Below the pieces are notes generated by a model. The model did no database searches, was not told the origin of the DNA, and saw nothing but the letters and a program-made list of their open reading frames with translations. Shown here piece by piece: positions 1-10,031 of a stretch of 64,000 nt of DNA (within the stretch, counting starts at the first letter, position 1; each line of letters starts with the position of its first letter). The position numbers were made by a program, and so were the translations under genes. This stretch comes from a virus (taxonomy: Duplodnaviria; Caudoviricetes), in the IMG/VR virus record IMGVR_UViG_3300024581_002364, positions 4,870 through 68,869 of that record; one strand, given 5' to 3'.

Positions 1-667
1 GATGCTCGTTAACAGCAAAGTTTGCATAATTCTTGAGAGTGGTCTGGGCTTCTTTGCCCCATTCCACTGCTGAATCAAGCATTCCCTCAAGATTTAGGGC
101 GTACTGATTTAGAATCGCGGGTGCTTCGGTTCCGTAGTTTGCGACCACCATCCGGCTCTCCGGACTCCACTCCAGCAGATCTGCTACGTCCTCCAAGGAG
201 TTGATCTGCGAAGTTGGGGAAGAGTTGCTGTATGAGGTCTGGCTTGTTTGCGAGATCTGCTGATCCGATGTCGCCCAACTGGGAACCTGGCTGGGAGCTG
301 CCTGAGTACCCCAGTTTGCCTGGGTATACTGAGTCGCTGCCTGATCCGGGACCTGTGATGGTTGACCCTGGAACGGGGATTGCACCGGGCTGCCCAACAG
401 GTTCACTACCTTGTTGAACGCCGATTCCCATGGGTTGCCCTGAGTCGCCGCCGAACCCTGGGATTGGGGGGCGAATTGAGACGGGGCGGATTGGTAACTG
501 GTATTCGGAGCCGGTGCTGCCTGGGGCACCGCCTGGGGGTAATACGTTCCCACCTGAGCCTGGGGAGCTGCCGGAGCTTGTGCTGCCGGTGCCGCCGCCA
601 CGTAATTGCTCGGGGCCACGGACTGGGGGCTCGTCTGTGGGATCGATTGGACGGAAGCGTCCTGCAT
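1..667 (-). CDS. Gln/Ala/Pro-rich protein, probable capsid scaffolding protein (3'-truncated by window edge; not in ORF track)
   Basis: AAGGAG (680-675), 7-nt spacer, ATG at 667. Frame open to position 1: MQDASVQSIPQTSPQSVAPSNYVAAAP...NPWESAFNKVVNLLGSPVQSPFQ...EAPAILNQYALNLEGMLDSAVEWG. Follows the portal; scaffold role is inferred from position. Confidence 0.75.
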   Translation of the reverse strand, partial: MQDASVQSIPQTSPQSVAPSNYVAAAPAAQAPAAPQAQVGTYYPQAVPQAAPAPNTSYQSAPSQFAPQSQGSAATQGNPWESAFNKVVNLLGSPVQSPFQGQPSQVPDQAATQYTQANWGTQAAPSQVPSWATSDQQISQTSQTSYSNSSPTSQINSLEDVADLLEWSPESRMVVANYGTEAPAILNQYALNLEGMLDSAVEWGKEAQTTLKNYANFAVNEH

Positions 668-2441
668 AGCTCATCTCCTTTTGTAATGCTTCCAAAGTTC
701 GATACAGATAAGGTGTTAGGTCTAATCTCGGGTCAGCTGCCATAGGCAAGTCTGGAGATTGTGGGTGCGGGGTCTGCATCATCCCCGACACCAAACGAGA
801 GAACTGGTTATAAGCTCCCTGTAATTCGTTTACCATCCTGAACGGAAAGCCCGAAAGCATTTCCGCTCTTTCCTCATCAGTTTTAGATGGGAAAAGATAT
901 TTCAGTGCTTCAATGCTATCAACACCTAACTCTTGCAAGTTACGCACGACGATTGAATTGTTCAGAATATCCTGTGTTGATTCCTCATACACAGGACCAA
1001 GCCAACGCCAAAGCATTGAGATGTCACCATCGGGTATCAAACCTTTGACACCCGGTGGAATCATCTGAGCTTGGACGCAAGCCATCATTAACTGTCTAAC
1101 ACGTTCGTCATATTCTTCCATTGCAAAGTTATAACCATCCATAGCTTCTGGCGGAGAGCCAGCTGGTGGTGGAACAGGTTTTTCAAATCCTGCTGCTGCT
1201 GCCAAAGTATCCATAAACATCTTCTCTTCTTGGAAGATGATTAACTCCATACACCGACACAAACCATGTGTATAAACAGCATTTGCTTTTTTCTTACTAG
1301 TCGCTGCAACGCGGCCAAACAAAGACTTATATTCAGTTGCAGTAACACCTGCACTAATTGAAAGTTCGTCTACACCACCTAATGCTGTTCGGATTTCTTC
1401 TCGGTATTGCCGCACAAATGCATTCTGATCTCCAGAAATTGCATCAGGAACAATATAACCAACTCGATCATTCGGCTCCAAGTTGGCAATCACCCTAGGA
1501 ACACGCATCTGACCATCAACACCACGAGTGATGGGATCCTGTTTAAAAGTAGAACGTGACATTGCATTCATACTCTGAAAACCAGAGTTTGCTGCAATTG
1601 ATGGACGCTGAGGACCGGAGTCAGAATTACCTGGCTCCATCAAGTCTGTTTTAGGACGAGAAGAAAGAAGCGTGGGATTACCAAAGAACTGCAAGTTCTT
1701 TTTCATGTTGCGAACTAACTCATCATGCGTAATGATGTGCTGAGCTAATTGATCAAATTCTCCACTTCCTTCCATGGAGAAACCTTTAGGGTTGTTGAAA
1801 ATTTCAACGCAAGGAATATAACGTAACTCGTTAGGAAAAGTTTTTGTCTTACCAGGCATCATGGCACTGGAGTTGACATTATCAAAAGATATCTCACCTT
1901 CTGAGTGAGTTTCTTCAATTGTGTCAGGTTTAATTGATAAACGGATATAACGTTTTTGACCGGGACTACCAGAATCAGCTGCTTGTGCTTGTGCAGAAGG
2001 AGTGTTAATTCCTCCAAGGCCGACATCTTGATACATACCGGCTTTACCGGTTTTAACCTTATAGCTATAAATAATAACGACTTGTTCTAATTCGCCATCG
2101 ACATTGTAATAAGAGCGGTACTCGTGGCTACGAAAATAATAGAGACGGTAATTATTTTTAGTAGGCCGAATGTAAAAAAGCCCCTTTCCATCACATAAGA
2201 AATAATCCCATATTGAATCAAGACGCGTATCTAGTTTGTTATATTTGATAACTTTATCGATAAAATCTTTCCGCTGATTACCAAAGTTATCTTGCGAAGG
2301 AAAAAACTCAACACCTTGGCGAATGCCAAAGAGTTTCATCTGTGCAATATGACCAGCAACAATACCCGTATCGACATATTGTCCTCCATCACGTTCGATG
2401 TAAGAGTCAATAATTTCTTTAAGACGCGCCGGGATTGCCAT
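87..2441 (-). CDS. Probable portal protein with long Gly/Pro/Ser-rich C-terminal extension
   Basis: 784 aa, same strand and downstream of TerL; globular ~590 aa followed by a low-complexity tail. Assigned mainly from synteny and size. Confidence 0.7.
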   Translation of the reverse strand: MAIPARLKEIIDSYIERDGGQYVDTGIVAGHIAQMKLFGIRQGVEFFPSQDNFGNQRKDFIDKVIKYNKLDTRLDSIWDYFLCDGKGLFYIRPTKNNYRLYYFRSHEYRSYYNVDGELEQVVIIYSYKVKTGKAGMYQDVGLGGINTPSAQAQAADSGSPGQKRYIRLSIKPDTIEETHSEGEISFDNVNSSAMMPGKTKTFPNELRYIPCVEIFNNPKGFSMEGSGEFDQLAQHIITHDELVRNMKKNLQFFGNPTLLSSRPKTDLMEPGNSDSGPQRPSIAANSGFQSMNAMSRSTFKQDPITRGVDGQMRVPRVIANLEPNDRVGYIVPDAISGDQNAFVRQYREEIRTALGGVDELSISAGVTATEYKSLFGRVAATSKKKANAVYTHGLCRCMELIIFQEEKMFMDTLAAAAGFEKPVPPPAGSPPEAMDGYNFAMEEYDERVRQLMMACVQAQMIPPGVKGLIPDGDISMLWRWLGPVYEESTQDILNNSIVVRNLQELGVDSIEALKYLFPSKTDEERAEMLSGFPFRMVNELQGAYNQFSRLVSGMMQTPHPQSPDLPMAADPRLDLTPYLYRTLEALQKEMSYAGRFRPIDPTDEPPVRGPEQLRGGGTGSTSSGSSPGSGGNVLPPGGAPGSTGSEYQLPIRPVSIRPPIPGFGGDSGQPMGIGVQQGSEPVGQPGAIPVPGSTITGPGSGSDSVYPGKLGYSGSSQPGSQLGDIGSADLANKPDLIQQLFPNFADQLLGGRSRSAGVESGEPDGGRKLRNRSTRDSKSVRPKS

Positions 2442-2650
2442 TATTTACCAGCCTTTGATTTATACATCCTAGCAGCTTTACCAGCTTTCTTTGCTTTCTC
2501 AGTATTAGCTACGAACTGCTTTCCTTTGCGAGAACCTTCTCGTTTCTTACGATCAGTATCTTCCCTTTCTTCTTTAGAAAGTTTGGCCCATGCTTTTTTG
2601 GGAAGGTAACGCTTGGTCGTACCGTCTGATTGGATTGCTTTATCTGCCAT
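2441..2650 (-). CDS. Small basic protein resembling the C-terminal half of DUF5872
   Basis: KRYLPKKAWAKLS..E...TDRKKREGSRKGKQFVANT motif. Confidence 0.55.
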   Translation of the reverse strand: MADKAIQSDGTTKRYLPKKAWAKLSKEEREDTDRKKREGSRKGKQFVANTEKAKKAGKAARMYKSKAGK

Positions 2651-2652
2651 GA

Positions 2653-3378
2653 TTATTGAGGCCGTTGAATTGTGTAGTCAATTTCATAAGGTTTGAACTT
2701 AATAGGCAATGCATACATAACAGCTCTACCTACATCTGTCAAAGGACTAAAAGTTGTGCTTTTGCCTACTACATTCATATAAGTGCCAAATTGTTTTTGT
2801 TCTGGCGTTAACATATGGCTGATATCTTGAAGTTTATCAATTTTCGGATGATAACGTTTTGTTGGATCAAAAGCTCCCCTTAAAGTTTTATACGCTTTAC
2901 CTGGTTGGAATTGACCGCTAACTAAATCAGGATCTTCTGATCTATTCTCCATGTCATAAGTATCTCTGACCCGTACAGTAGTAGGTGTAACTTCAGCATT
3001 AAATTGCCCAAGGGTATGAGAAGCTACTTGATCCCCTCCTCCATATGGATATTTTGGACCTGAAGTTGGAATACCGGGTCCAGCTGCAGGAAAAAGCCTA
3101 GGTGCCATTCTCATTTTTGAAGAGTCTCCCATAAGGGCAGATTTTTCATCAGGAAACGTAGGCGTCATTAACAAAGCCATAGGAGGTTCTTCGGTTGCCT
3201 GAAGTAAAGATCTTTCAGTTGATGGATCTAACTTTAAGTTTTTATTGCCGACTCCTGTAAGATAACGCCCAAATAAATTTATTCTGTCTGGCAACATATT
3301 AAAACCTTCTGCTGCTACAGATTGAATACCGCTTCCAAGTGCATCTGCATATTTACCAGCAACATTAAATAAAGGCAT
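2653..3378 (-). CDS. Hypothetical protein (head module)
   Basis: 241-aa ORF tightly packed between same-strand genes. Confidence 0.7.
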   Translation of the reverse strand: MPLFNVAGKYADALGSGIQSVAAEGFNMLPDRINLFGRYLTGVGNKNLKLDPSTERSLLQATEEPPMALLMTPTFPDEKSALMGDSSKMRMAPRLFPAAGPGIPTSGPKYPYGGGDQVASHTLGQFNAEVTPTTVRVRDTYDMENRSEDPDLVSGQFQPGKAYKTLRGAFDPTKRYHPKIDKLQDISHMLTPEQKQFGTYMNVVGKSTTFSPLTDVGRAVMYALPIKFKPYEIDYTIQRPQ

Positions 3379-3677
3379 TTTAAATCTCTGTTTCTAAACA
3401 CTCAGGCCAAGTTTTTGATTTAAAAAATTCGTGTAAGTTTTTACGTTCTTGTGCTTGCTCCGGCTTTTGAAAAAACGGATCAGCATACAAACGGTCTATA
3501 GCTCCATGATACTGGGAACAACTTAAGGACCAGGCTAATAAAACTTCTATCATTTATTCATATATTTTCCTGCAATTTTAATTACGCCTTCGATCTTATC
3601 TGCTTGAGCAGCATGCATTTTAGAACTGTTGCGTAATTGTTTTTGGATCTCTTTTAGATCTTTAATTTCTTTTTCCA

Positions 3678-3962
3678 TTAGCTTTTACCTTTTGCACGTT
3701 TAGCAGCTTTAGCTGCTTTTTTACCTTTTTCATATTCATCTTTGGTTTGCCAGTCTTCTTTACCCCATTTCTTTAAAGCTTTTTGTTTCTTTCCTTCTCC
3801 GCCTTTGTACCCGCCACCAGCTTTCTTGTACTCGGAAGCAACGAGCTGCGCTTTACGTGCAGACCACTGACCAGGTTTACCACCTTTGCTACCAGCCATT
3901 ACGCGATTCTTAATTGATTCACGTAAGCCTGGTTTTGTATATTTGGTATTATCGCTCATCAA
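3678..3962 (-). CDS. Small basic protein resembling the N-terminal half of DUF5872
   Basis: KYTKPGLRESIK..VMAGSKGGKPGQWSARKAQL...YKKAGGGY...KWGKEDWQTK motif. Confidence 0.6.
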   Translation of the reverse strand: MMSDNTKYTKPGLRESIKNRVMAGSKGGKPGQWSARKAQLVASEYKKAGGGYKGGEGKKQKALKKWGKEDWQTKDEYEKGKKAAKAAKRAKGKS

Positions 3963-4212
3963 ACTTTAGGAAATTGATATTTAGGTAAACCAAGGATACC
4001 TTCTAATTTTCTTCGTAGATTACGTGCTCCTGGCATGCGTGGATCATTGTAAATACTGTAATCAGGATTGCGGCCTTGACCTTGAGGAATTTCAAAGCTA
4101 GGACTACTTGTTAATAACTGAACTTCAGTATTATCTTGATCTGGTCGATACAGAAAATTCATTACATCCCCGTAACGACCTGCTAATGGAAGACTATAAC
4201 TATAATTTTGCA

Positions 4213-4563
4213 TCAGTAAATTTTCTTAATAGTCATTGGGTCCATGAATTGACCCACTACACCACCACCAATCAAACCACCTAAACCACCCATGTTACCC
4301 ATGGTGTCTGAAGCTTTAGGACCTAAGCCAGCCATCTGACCCGCCATTCCAAAAGGATTGCCACCTAAAGCTTGACCAGCGATTCCACCAACACCGGGAA
4401 TCATAAGATCTTGTTGTTGGGCTTCTTCTTCTCCTTCAGGCTGAGCTTGACCTTGTTGCGGACCACCATAAAGGTTACCTAATAAACCAGCAGTACCGCC
4501 AACAACACCGCCGAGGTTTCCCATGCCTCCACCTTGGGTCATTCCTAAGCCGTAGTTAAACAT
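4213..4563 (-). CDS. Gly/Met-rich hypothetical protein
   Basis: 116-aa ORF with TAGAAT element 20 nt upstream. Confidence 0.6.
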   Translation of the reverse strand: MFNYGLGMTQGGGMGNLGGVVGGTAGLLGNLYGGPQQGQAQPEGEEEAQQQDLMIPGVGGIAGQALGGNPFGMAGQMAGLGPKASDTMGNMGGLGGLIGGGVVGQFMDPMTIKKIY

Positions 4564-4581
4564 TTGCCTGCAACTTTTTTT

Positions 4582-4761
4582 CTATTCTAAAGGTTCATAA
4601 TTTCCTTCACTATTTAATCTCTGTAAAACAATACCGTCTCCCTTCAGATCCCAAGTCATTAAATCATCTCGCGCCCAGCCTAAAGTTTCGATTACTTCTT
4701 CCGGAATTTTAAACAAAAGTTCCCCGTTCGTATCTTCTTCTAGCTCTACGTAATAGCTCAT
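4582..4761 (-). CDS. AbrB/MazE-like small DNA-binding protein (59 aa, not in ORF track)
   Basis: MSYYVELEEDTNGELLFKIPEEVIETLGWARDDLMTWDLKGDGIVLQRL fits the swapped-hairpin pattern (IP.E....LGW..GD......GI.L). Confidence 0.6.
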   Translation of the reverse strand: MSYYVELEEDTNGELLFKIPEEVIETLGWARDDLMTWDLKGDGIVLQRLNSEGNYEPLE

Positions 4762-4982
4762 CTTGATAGTAATCTTTCCACAAGTTTATCAAGCTTTATG
4801 TTTATTTGATTAAATTCAATATTCATTTTTTCCATCTCACGAATATAATCTTGTTTTAAAACATACTCAAGAGGCATACGATCAATACGATCCTCTAACG
4901 CTCTCATTCTTCCAAATACTTTAGCTGTAAACCAACCACCACCTGTAACAGTTGCAACAACTAATGCAATTATTTGCTCCAT
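4758..4982 (-). CDS. Small membrane-anchored coiled-coil protein
   Basis: N-terminal hydrophobic segment, then a heptad-rich tail. Confidence 0.6.
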   Translation of the reverse strand: MEQIIALVVATVTGGGWFTAKVFGRMRALEDRIDRMPLEYVLKQDYIREMEKMNIEFNQINIKLDKLVERLLSR

Positions 4983-5018
4983 TGTTGGATGAGTATTTAA
5001 TGAGTATCTAAATCCTAT

Positions 5019-6545
5019 TTAGAAGTCTACTTGAAGTTTTCCACGCCTCATTAAACCATTAACAAGCCACACTAAAGCATCAACACAATCATCATGAGAA
5101 CTAACGCCAAAGTTAGTTAGCTCTTCAAACATGGTCGTAAAATTGCGATACCGATTAAATACAATCTTGCGATCTTCAAACATTCCCATAATTCCACGGA
5201 AACGTGCAAGCTTATCTGCACGGAAACCCTTAACAGGGTGCCAGATCAAGTTATATAAATTTTCTTGCTGTAAACAAACACGTTTAAAGTCTGCCTCCAA
5301 AGATGCTTGATATTGCACAGCTTCTGACCAAATATCACATGTTGAATATGTTGGAAAATATAAGCCGTCATCTTGACGACCAATAACTGACCAGTCATTA
5401 AGCAGTTCTTTCATTGCATCTAACTTTTCCAAGTTTCCCATCACACGCAATCTGCGATAGTCAATAATATGTATCTTGTCTCCAATTCTTCCGCCCAAGA
5501 CCATAACTGTATAGTCATTCTTTTCTTTAGTACCAGCAGACAAATCAACACCTACACCAAGACAATCAAACTCAGTAGCAATCTCCGCTTTAACCAGAAG
5601 CTCAGGCGCAAGAGACAATTCATTCTGCCTAACGATTTTATTCATGTACTGGAAAGAAAAAGCAATAGGGGCTTGCCGTTTCTTCTCCTTCAGGTAATCT
5701 AAGCTCCACATCTCCGGCCAATATGACTCTTCTTCGCCTGTCTCCGGGTTATTTAAGATCGCTGATAGGACGATCTGCATCCAGTTGTTATTCGGGCAAA
5801 ACGTTGTGGAGTGGATATCGTCATGACGGAATCGTGTACCCAAACAAATCGCTCGACCACCTTCAAACATGGTTGGCGCAATCACAGCATTCCAGTTGTC
5901 CTGCATCATCTTGCGGATGTCTGGGTTGCCAATATCCGCAGCAGATTTAACAGGGTCATCAATAATAACCAGGTGAGAACGTTTAGATGTCACTGAGCCT
6001 TTAAGACCAGCAGCACAAAGTGTGAATTGTTCTTCACCTGTTGTATCAATACCTGCAAACTTATGATCAATAGACCAATATTCGTTACTGGTTACATTTT
6101 TTAGTAGTTTAACTTTAGGGAATACGTTCTGATATCTTTTGGATTCAATAATACGTTTAATCGTAGCTGATTTAGAACGTGCAATATCAACCGTATAACT
6201 AAGATACAAAATCTGAAGAGGCTTTTGTGCCATCGTATGGACACCAATTGCCCAAGCTGTATATAAACCAAGGACTGTGCTTTTTGCTGAGCCCCGTGGA
6301 CCAAGTAAATCAATGTTGGGACCTGCAATTTTATCTAAACAAGAACTTGATTCACCTGTTACTAATTGCTTATGCCATTCTTTATGATGTTGAGCTGGTG
6401 GTTTATCAGCAACAAATTCACAGAAGAAACCAAAGTCTTCCCTAGCACGTTCATAAATATCTTCTTGATCTGTCTTGCGAATGCGATGATTGGCAGCCGC
6501 AGCTTTTGCATTACGCCGATACGCAAGATGAAGATGAGAAGGCAC
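5019..6545 (-). CDS. terL: Terminase large subunit
   Basis: Walker A GPRGSAKST, Walker B LVIIDD, RNase H-like nuclease GVDLS and HDDCVDA; 508 aa. Confidence 0.93.
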   Translation of the reverse strand: MPSHLHLAYRRNAKAAAANHRIRKTDQEDIYERAREDFGFFCEFVADKPPAQHHKEWHKQLVTGESSSCLDKIAGPNIDLLGPRGSAKSTVLGLYTAWAIGVHTMAQKPLQILYLSYTVDIARSKSATIKRIIESKRYQNVFPKVKLLKNVTSNEYWSIDHKFAGIDTTGEEQFTLCAAGLKGSVTSKRSHLVIIDDPVKSAADIGNPDIRKMMQDNWNAVIAPTMFEGGRAICLGTRFRHDDIHSTTFCPNNNWMQIVLSAILNNPETGEEESYWPEMWSLDYLKEKKRQAPIAFSFQYMNKIVRQNELSLAPELLVKAEIATEFDCLGVGVDLSAGTKEKNDYTVMVLGGRIGDKIHIIDYRRLRVMGNLEKLDAMKELLNDWSVIGRQDDGLYFPTYSTCDIWSEAVQYQASLEADFKRVCLQQENLYNLIWHPVKGFRADKLARFRGIMGMFEDRKIVFNRYRNFTTMFEELTNFGVSSHDDCVDALVWLVNGLMRRGKLQVDF

Positions 6546-6928
6546 GTTATATCTTAAATACTAATTAAATAGTACTCTATTTCTCACATTCGCATTTATG
6601 TTTTTTGGCAGCTTTTGCCGCTTTTAATCCTTTTTCTGCAGATTCTTCTGCTTTTTTTCCTTCTTTAGAAGCATTCTTCTTTTGATAATATTCCACGAGT
6701 TGTGGAGGCATTTTCTTCTTAGCCATCACATATATTTTCCTGCTAAAGGTTGAGTGGGATAAGGATTTCCAGAGGTAGGAATTTCTTGATTATCTCGAAA
6801 GTTATTAAAGCCAGGAGTGATACGCCGATTTTTTGCAATAGTTTGCAAAACATTATTTAAAGCTTCCTTTGTGAAAGGACGCTCCATTGGAATATCTACA
6901 CCAAAAGTTTCTTCTTTCAATGTTTTAG

Positions 6929-7513
6929 TTATTCTTCAAATTGAATTCTAGCCCACACTGACATTGCTGCTTCTTGTAAAGGACCTTCAATTGGATCATC
7001 TTTGAATACTGCAGCAAGTTCACGTAAAGCGCGATCAGCACCTGCCATTAATAAACCTTTTCGATCTTTAGATGATACAAAAGATTCTACTTGTGCAATA
7101 GTGCCACGTAATTCTTTTTGCATTTGAGCAATACGTGCAACACCAGCGTCACGTTTAACTGTCATATTTTCTACATCTTCTCGCAACTTACGCATATCTT
7201 CTTGCATTTCATTGATTTCATGCAGAAGAACCTTTTGGTGATTTGGTTTTGGATAAGTTGCTTTTACCCAATCGTCAACACAAATAATACTACCTTCATA
7301 GCCAATAAACTTGGCATAAAGATAAACCTGGATAGGAGAAAAAGTATCCTCTGCAAAAGCATGAAAAGATTCCCTGGACGCACTGTCCAGGTTATCTACC
7401 CAGTGATCAAAGGTTTTAACGTTGATATCAGAATCGATATCCCTGGAGTGCTTGTCCGCGATCCCTTGCTTCTTCTCTATCTTTATATTGTTGGAGGAGG
7501 GCGTCTCTAGCAC
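6929..7513 (-). CDS. Possible terminase small subunit
   Basis: Helical/coiled-coil 194 aa upstream of terL; positional inference only. Confidence 0.4.
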   Translation of the reverse strand: MLETPSSNNIKIEKKQGIADKHSRDIDSDINVKTFDHWVDNLDSASRESFHAFAEDTFSPIQVYLYAKFIGYEGSIICVDDWVKATYPKPNHQKVLLHEINEMQEDMRKLREDVENMTVKRDAGVARIAQMQKELRGTIAQVESFVSSKDRKGLLMAGADRALRELAAVFKDDPIEGPLQEAAMSVWARIQFEE

Positions 7514-7751
7514 GAGTCTCTAAAGCTTCTTTACCAATTGTCTCACGTTGTTCTGAAGCACGATTACTTTCAGTAGATCTTGCTTCCTCACCGGTTGTTT
7601 GAATTCCTTTACGTTGTTCTTCACCTTCTTTCCCCATTTTTCCAAGGGAAAAATCATAGGCCACTTGTGCAGCTTGTTTGTATTTTTCTAGATCGAACCA
7701 ATCATCAGTATCAGTTCCTTGAGGATCATACGGTGTTGTTTCTTCAGCCAT
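7428..7751 (-). CDS. Charged helical hypothetical protein (probable virion protein)
   Basis: 107 aa, co-oriented in the structural cluster. Confidence 0.6.
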   Translation of the reverse strand: MAEETTPYDPQGTDTDDWFDLEKYKQAAQVAYDFSLGKMGKEGEEQRKGIQTTGEEARSTESNRASEQRETIGKEALETRARDALLQQYKDREEARDRGQALQGYRF

Positions 7752-7773
7752 GGCCTATTACAAAAAGAAGTGA

Positions 7774-7947
7774 TCAGAAGTTGCTCATCACGTTAGCAAT
7801 ACCTTGGGAGAACATGTTACGACGCCCTTCCACGGCTTCCTGACGCTTTTGACGCATCTTAGATTCCTCAAGCTTATCAAGGAGAGATTGGAAGTCTCCA
7901 AGATCAATACCTTCGTTATTCTCGTTAGTGTTGTTGTTTTCTTCCAT
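7774..7947 (-). CDS. Small hypothetical protein (57 aa, not in ORF track)
   Basis: MEENNNTNENNEGIDLGDFQSLLDKLEESKMRQKRQEAVEGRRNMFSQGIANVMSNF fills the gap; TATAAT upstream. Confidence 0.6.
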   Translation of the reverse strand: MEENNNTNENNEGIDLGDFQSLLDKLEESKMRQKRQEAVEGRRNMFSQGIANVMSNF

Positions 7948-7987
7948 GGGAATAAAAAAAACCTTGCTTTAATTATACTATTGGTTT

Positions 7988-8803
7988 TTACCAAAAACCT
8001 GCAAGGAAATTACCAAAGATAGAAGCTTCTTTATTGGTTTTTGCAATATCTTTTTGATATTCGCCTTTAATGCCTTCAATATCTTTACTATATTCACCAC
8101 GGACCTTATCTCCAGCTAATCCAAATTCACCCCTAATATTTTCAACTTCTTTGTTTCCGGCATTAATAATGTCTTGAAGATCTAAACTATATTCACCTTG
8201 AATTTTTGCAACATCAGTTCTGGTTTTGGCGTCTAAAGAACCAAGGTATTTACGCCAATCATTTTCAGAATCAGCAGCGTATTTTGTACGCCAGCTTGCA
8301 GCATCTTCTGAAATTTGAACATTAGTTGTTGATGTCGCGTTACTTAAAGCATTAGCTTCATTAATTAAACCTTGTAAGGCTAATTGCTGATTGCCAATCA
8401 GTGTTTGCAGATCTTGCTTATAACCGGCCTGTAGGCCCATCTTGGTCGTATCTGCGTACAGATCGTACTCAGCAGCGGTCATGCCGACACCATCGACATA
8501 ACCTGCATAGTTACCTAATTGATCTGAAATTTTTCCTTTGCTTGAAGAACTACTACTTTTACTACTTGAACTACCGCCACTAGATTTATAAGCTTTGCAA
8601 TTACTAACAACATCTCTAAAATCACTTGAACTATTAACGTGAGTAGGTACTTGTCTTCCCACTCCTTTAGCCCATTTTTGGGCTGCACCTAATGAGCTTT
8701 CGCCTCCACAGGCTTTTACAACACCGCTATCTTTATCTTTGTGCCAAGTATCAAACTTATAACCTCCAAATTTTCTATTTTTATCTACGTTAGAACCAGC
8801 CAT
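7988..8803 (-). CDS. Probable internal virion/ejection protein
   Basis: 271 aa, Ser/Gly-rich linker and helical repeats. Confidence 0.55.
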   Translation of the reverse strand: MAGSNVDKNRKFGGYKFDTWHKDKDSGVVKACGGESSLGAAQKWAKGVGRQVPTHVNSSSDFRDVVSNCKAYKSSGGSSSSKSSSSSSKGKISDQLGNYAGYVDGVGMTAAEYDLYADTTKMGLQAGYKQDLQTLIGNQQLALQGLINEANALSNATSTTNVQISEDAASWRTKYAADSENDWRKYLGSLDAKTRTDVAKIQGEYSLDLQDIINAGNKEVENIRGEFGLAGDKVRGEYSKDIEGIKGEYQKDIAKTNKEASIFGNFLAGFW

Positions 8804-8845
8804 AATTAATTCCTCTTGTATTAATTTTAAATTACATAAATATGA

Positions 8846-9517
8846 TTAAGCGCCCATCTTAGCGAGTTGCTTTTGCACAAATGTATTTACTCCCTCAATA
8901 TTCTTTCTTGCTTGTGCAACACGCTCTGCACCTTTTTCACCACGGCCAAATACTGCATATTGTCCAGTGTTATTGCCTTGTGTATCTCTGACAGGAGCAC
9001 CGTAATAAGATGCCATTGCATACTGCTGCGCATCAAACGGACGTTTTGCTTCGCCTTCAGGACTACGTGCAAGACGCTGTGTCATGAAATTACGCAATTC
9101 ATTGGGATTATTAGTAACCCCAGCATATTCAGCTGCTTGATAAAAAGCATTAATTTCTTTAGGATCTCCTGGTCTAAAGTAATTAGTAGCAAAAGCATCG
9201 CCAATAATGCCACGAGCACGATCCTCTGATAGATCGTAATTCAACAAGTCTTCAAATTGTTTAGATTTGAAATAACTACTAGTTGGATTTACACGGCTTT
9301 GGACCATAGCCAAAGCTGTGTTTGGATCTAAATTACCTTGTTTTACTGCACCAGATAAAGTATCACTAAAATCCCTAGCCTCACTGCCTTTGAAATATCG
9401 ATCGTTTCCGTAATTAATTAAATCCTCAAACTCTGAGCTGGTTTTATAGCCCATTTCTTTAGGTGATTGGGCTGAACCACCACCACCAAATAATTTACCA
9501 ATGGCTCCAAGTATCAT
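8846..9517 (-). CDS. Probable virion protein
   Basis: 223 aa, N-terminal GAIGKLFGGGG typical of pilot/ejection proteins. Confidence 0.55.
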   Translation of the reverse strand: MILGAIGKLFGGGGSAQSPKEMGYKTSSEFEDLINYGNDRYFKGSEARDFSDTLSGAVKQGNLDPNTALAMVQSRVNPTSSYFKSKQFEDLLNYDLSEDRARGIIGDAFATNYFRPGDPKEINAFYQAAEYAGVTNNPNELRNFMTQRLARSPEGEAKRPFDAQQYAMASYYGAPVRDTQGNNTGQYAVFGRGEKGAERVAQARKNIEGVNTFVQKQLAKMGA

Positions 9518-10023
9518 TATGCATACCCTCCAAACATGTCAGTCCATTGTGAAACTTGTGCTGGGCTGAAACCACGTCCAGCAAGATTAAAACCTGCTGT
9601 CCTAGTCATGTCAGCGATATAAGGTGCACTGTTCCTTAAGTTTAATTGATCTACACCTCGCATTAATTGACGAGCGTATTCATTATCTCTAGCTCTTTCT
9701 TGAGCACCAAATCCGGCTAACAACGCATCCTGCTGAAAAGCACTTTGAACGCCTAATGCTTCTTTAGCACCTGCACGTTGTGAAGAAGCAGCTTGATTCT
9801 GAAACAGACCACCAATCACAGGTGCTGCGACTGTTGCTGCTGCCATCCATGGAAAAGGCATATTACCTCCTGTTACTCCTGGTGATGTAATTGGTGTTTC
9901 TGATGGTTTTATATTCCATGTGGATCCCATTGATGAAGGATCCCAAAATGCTGATGTATTAGTGCCAGCAGTTTGATTTAAAAAATCGGTACCAAAACCG
10001 AGATTAGTAGATGGTGTTACCAT
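9517..10023 (-). CDS. Probable internal virion protein
   Basis: 168 aa, Ala/Gly/Gln-rich with a hydrophobic patch. Confidence 0.55.
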   Translation of the reverse strand: MVTPSTNLGFGTDFLNQTAGTNTSAFWDPSSMGSTWNIKPSETPITSPGVTGGNMPFPWMAAATVAAPVIGGLFQNQAASSQRAGAKEALGVQSAFQQDALLAGFGAQERARDNEYARQLMRGVDQLNLRNSAPYIADMTRTAGFNLAGRGFSPAQVSQWTDMFGGYA

Positions 10024-10031
10024 GTTTTATT

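Noticed and set aside
214-745. Plus-strand ORFs opposite the portal tail
   Set aside because: Antisense shadows of a GC-richer, doubly coding minus-strand region.
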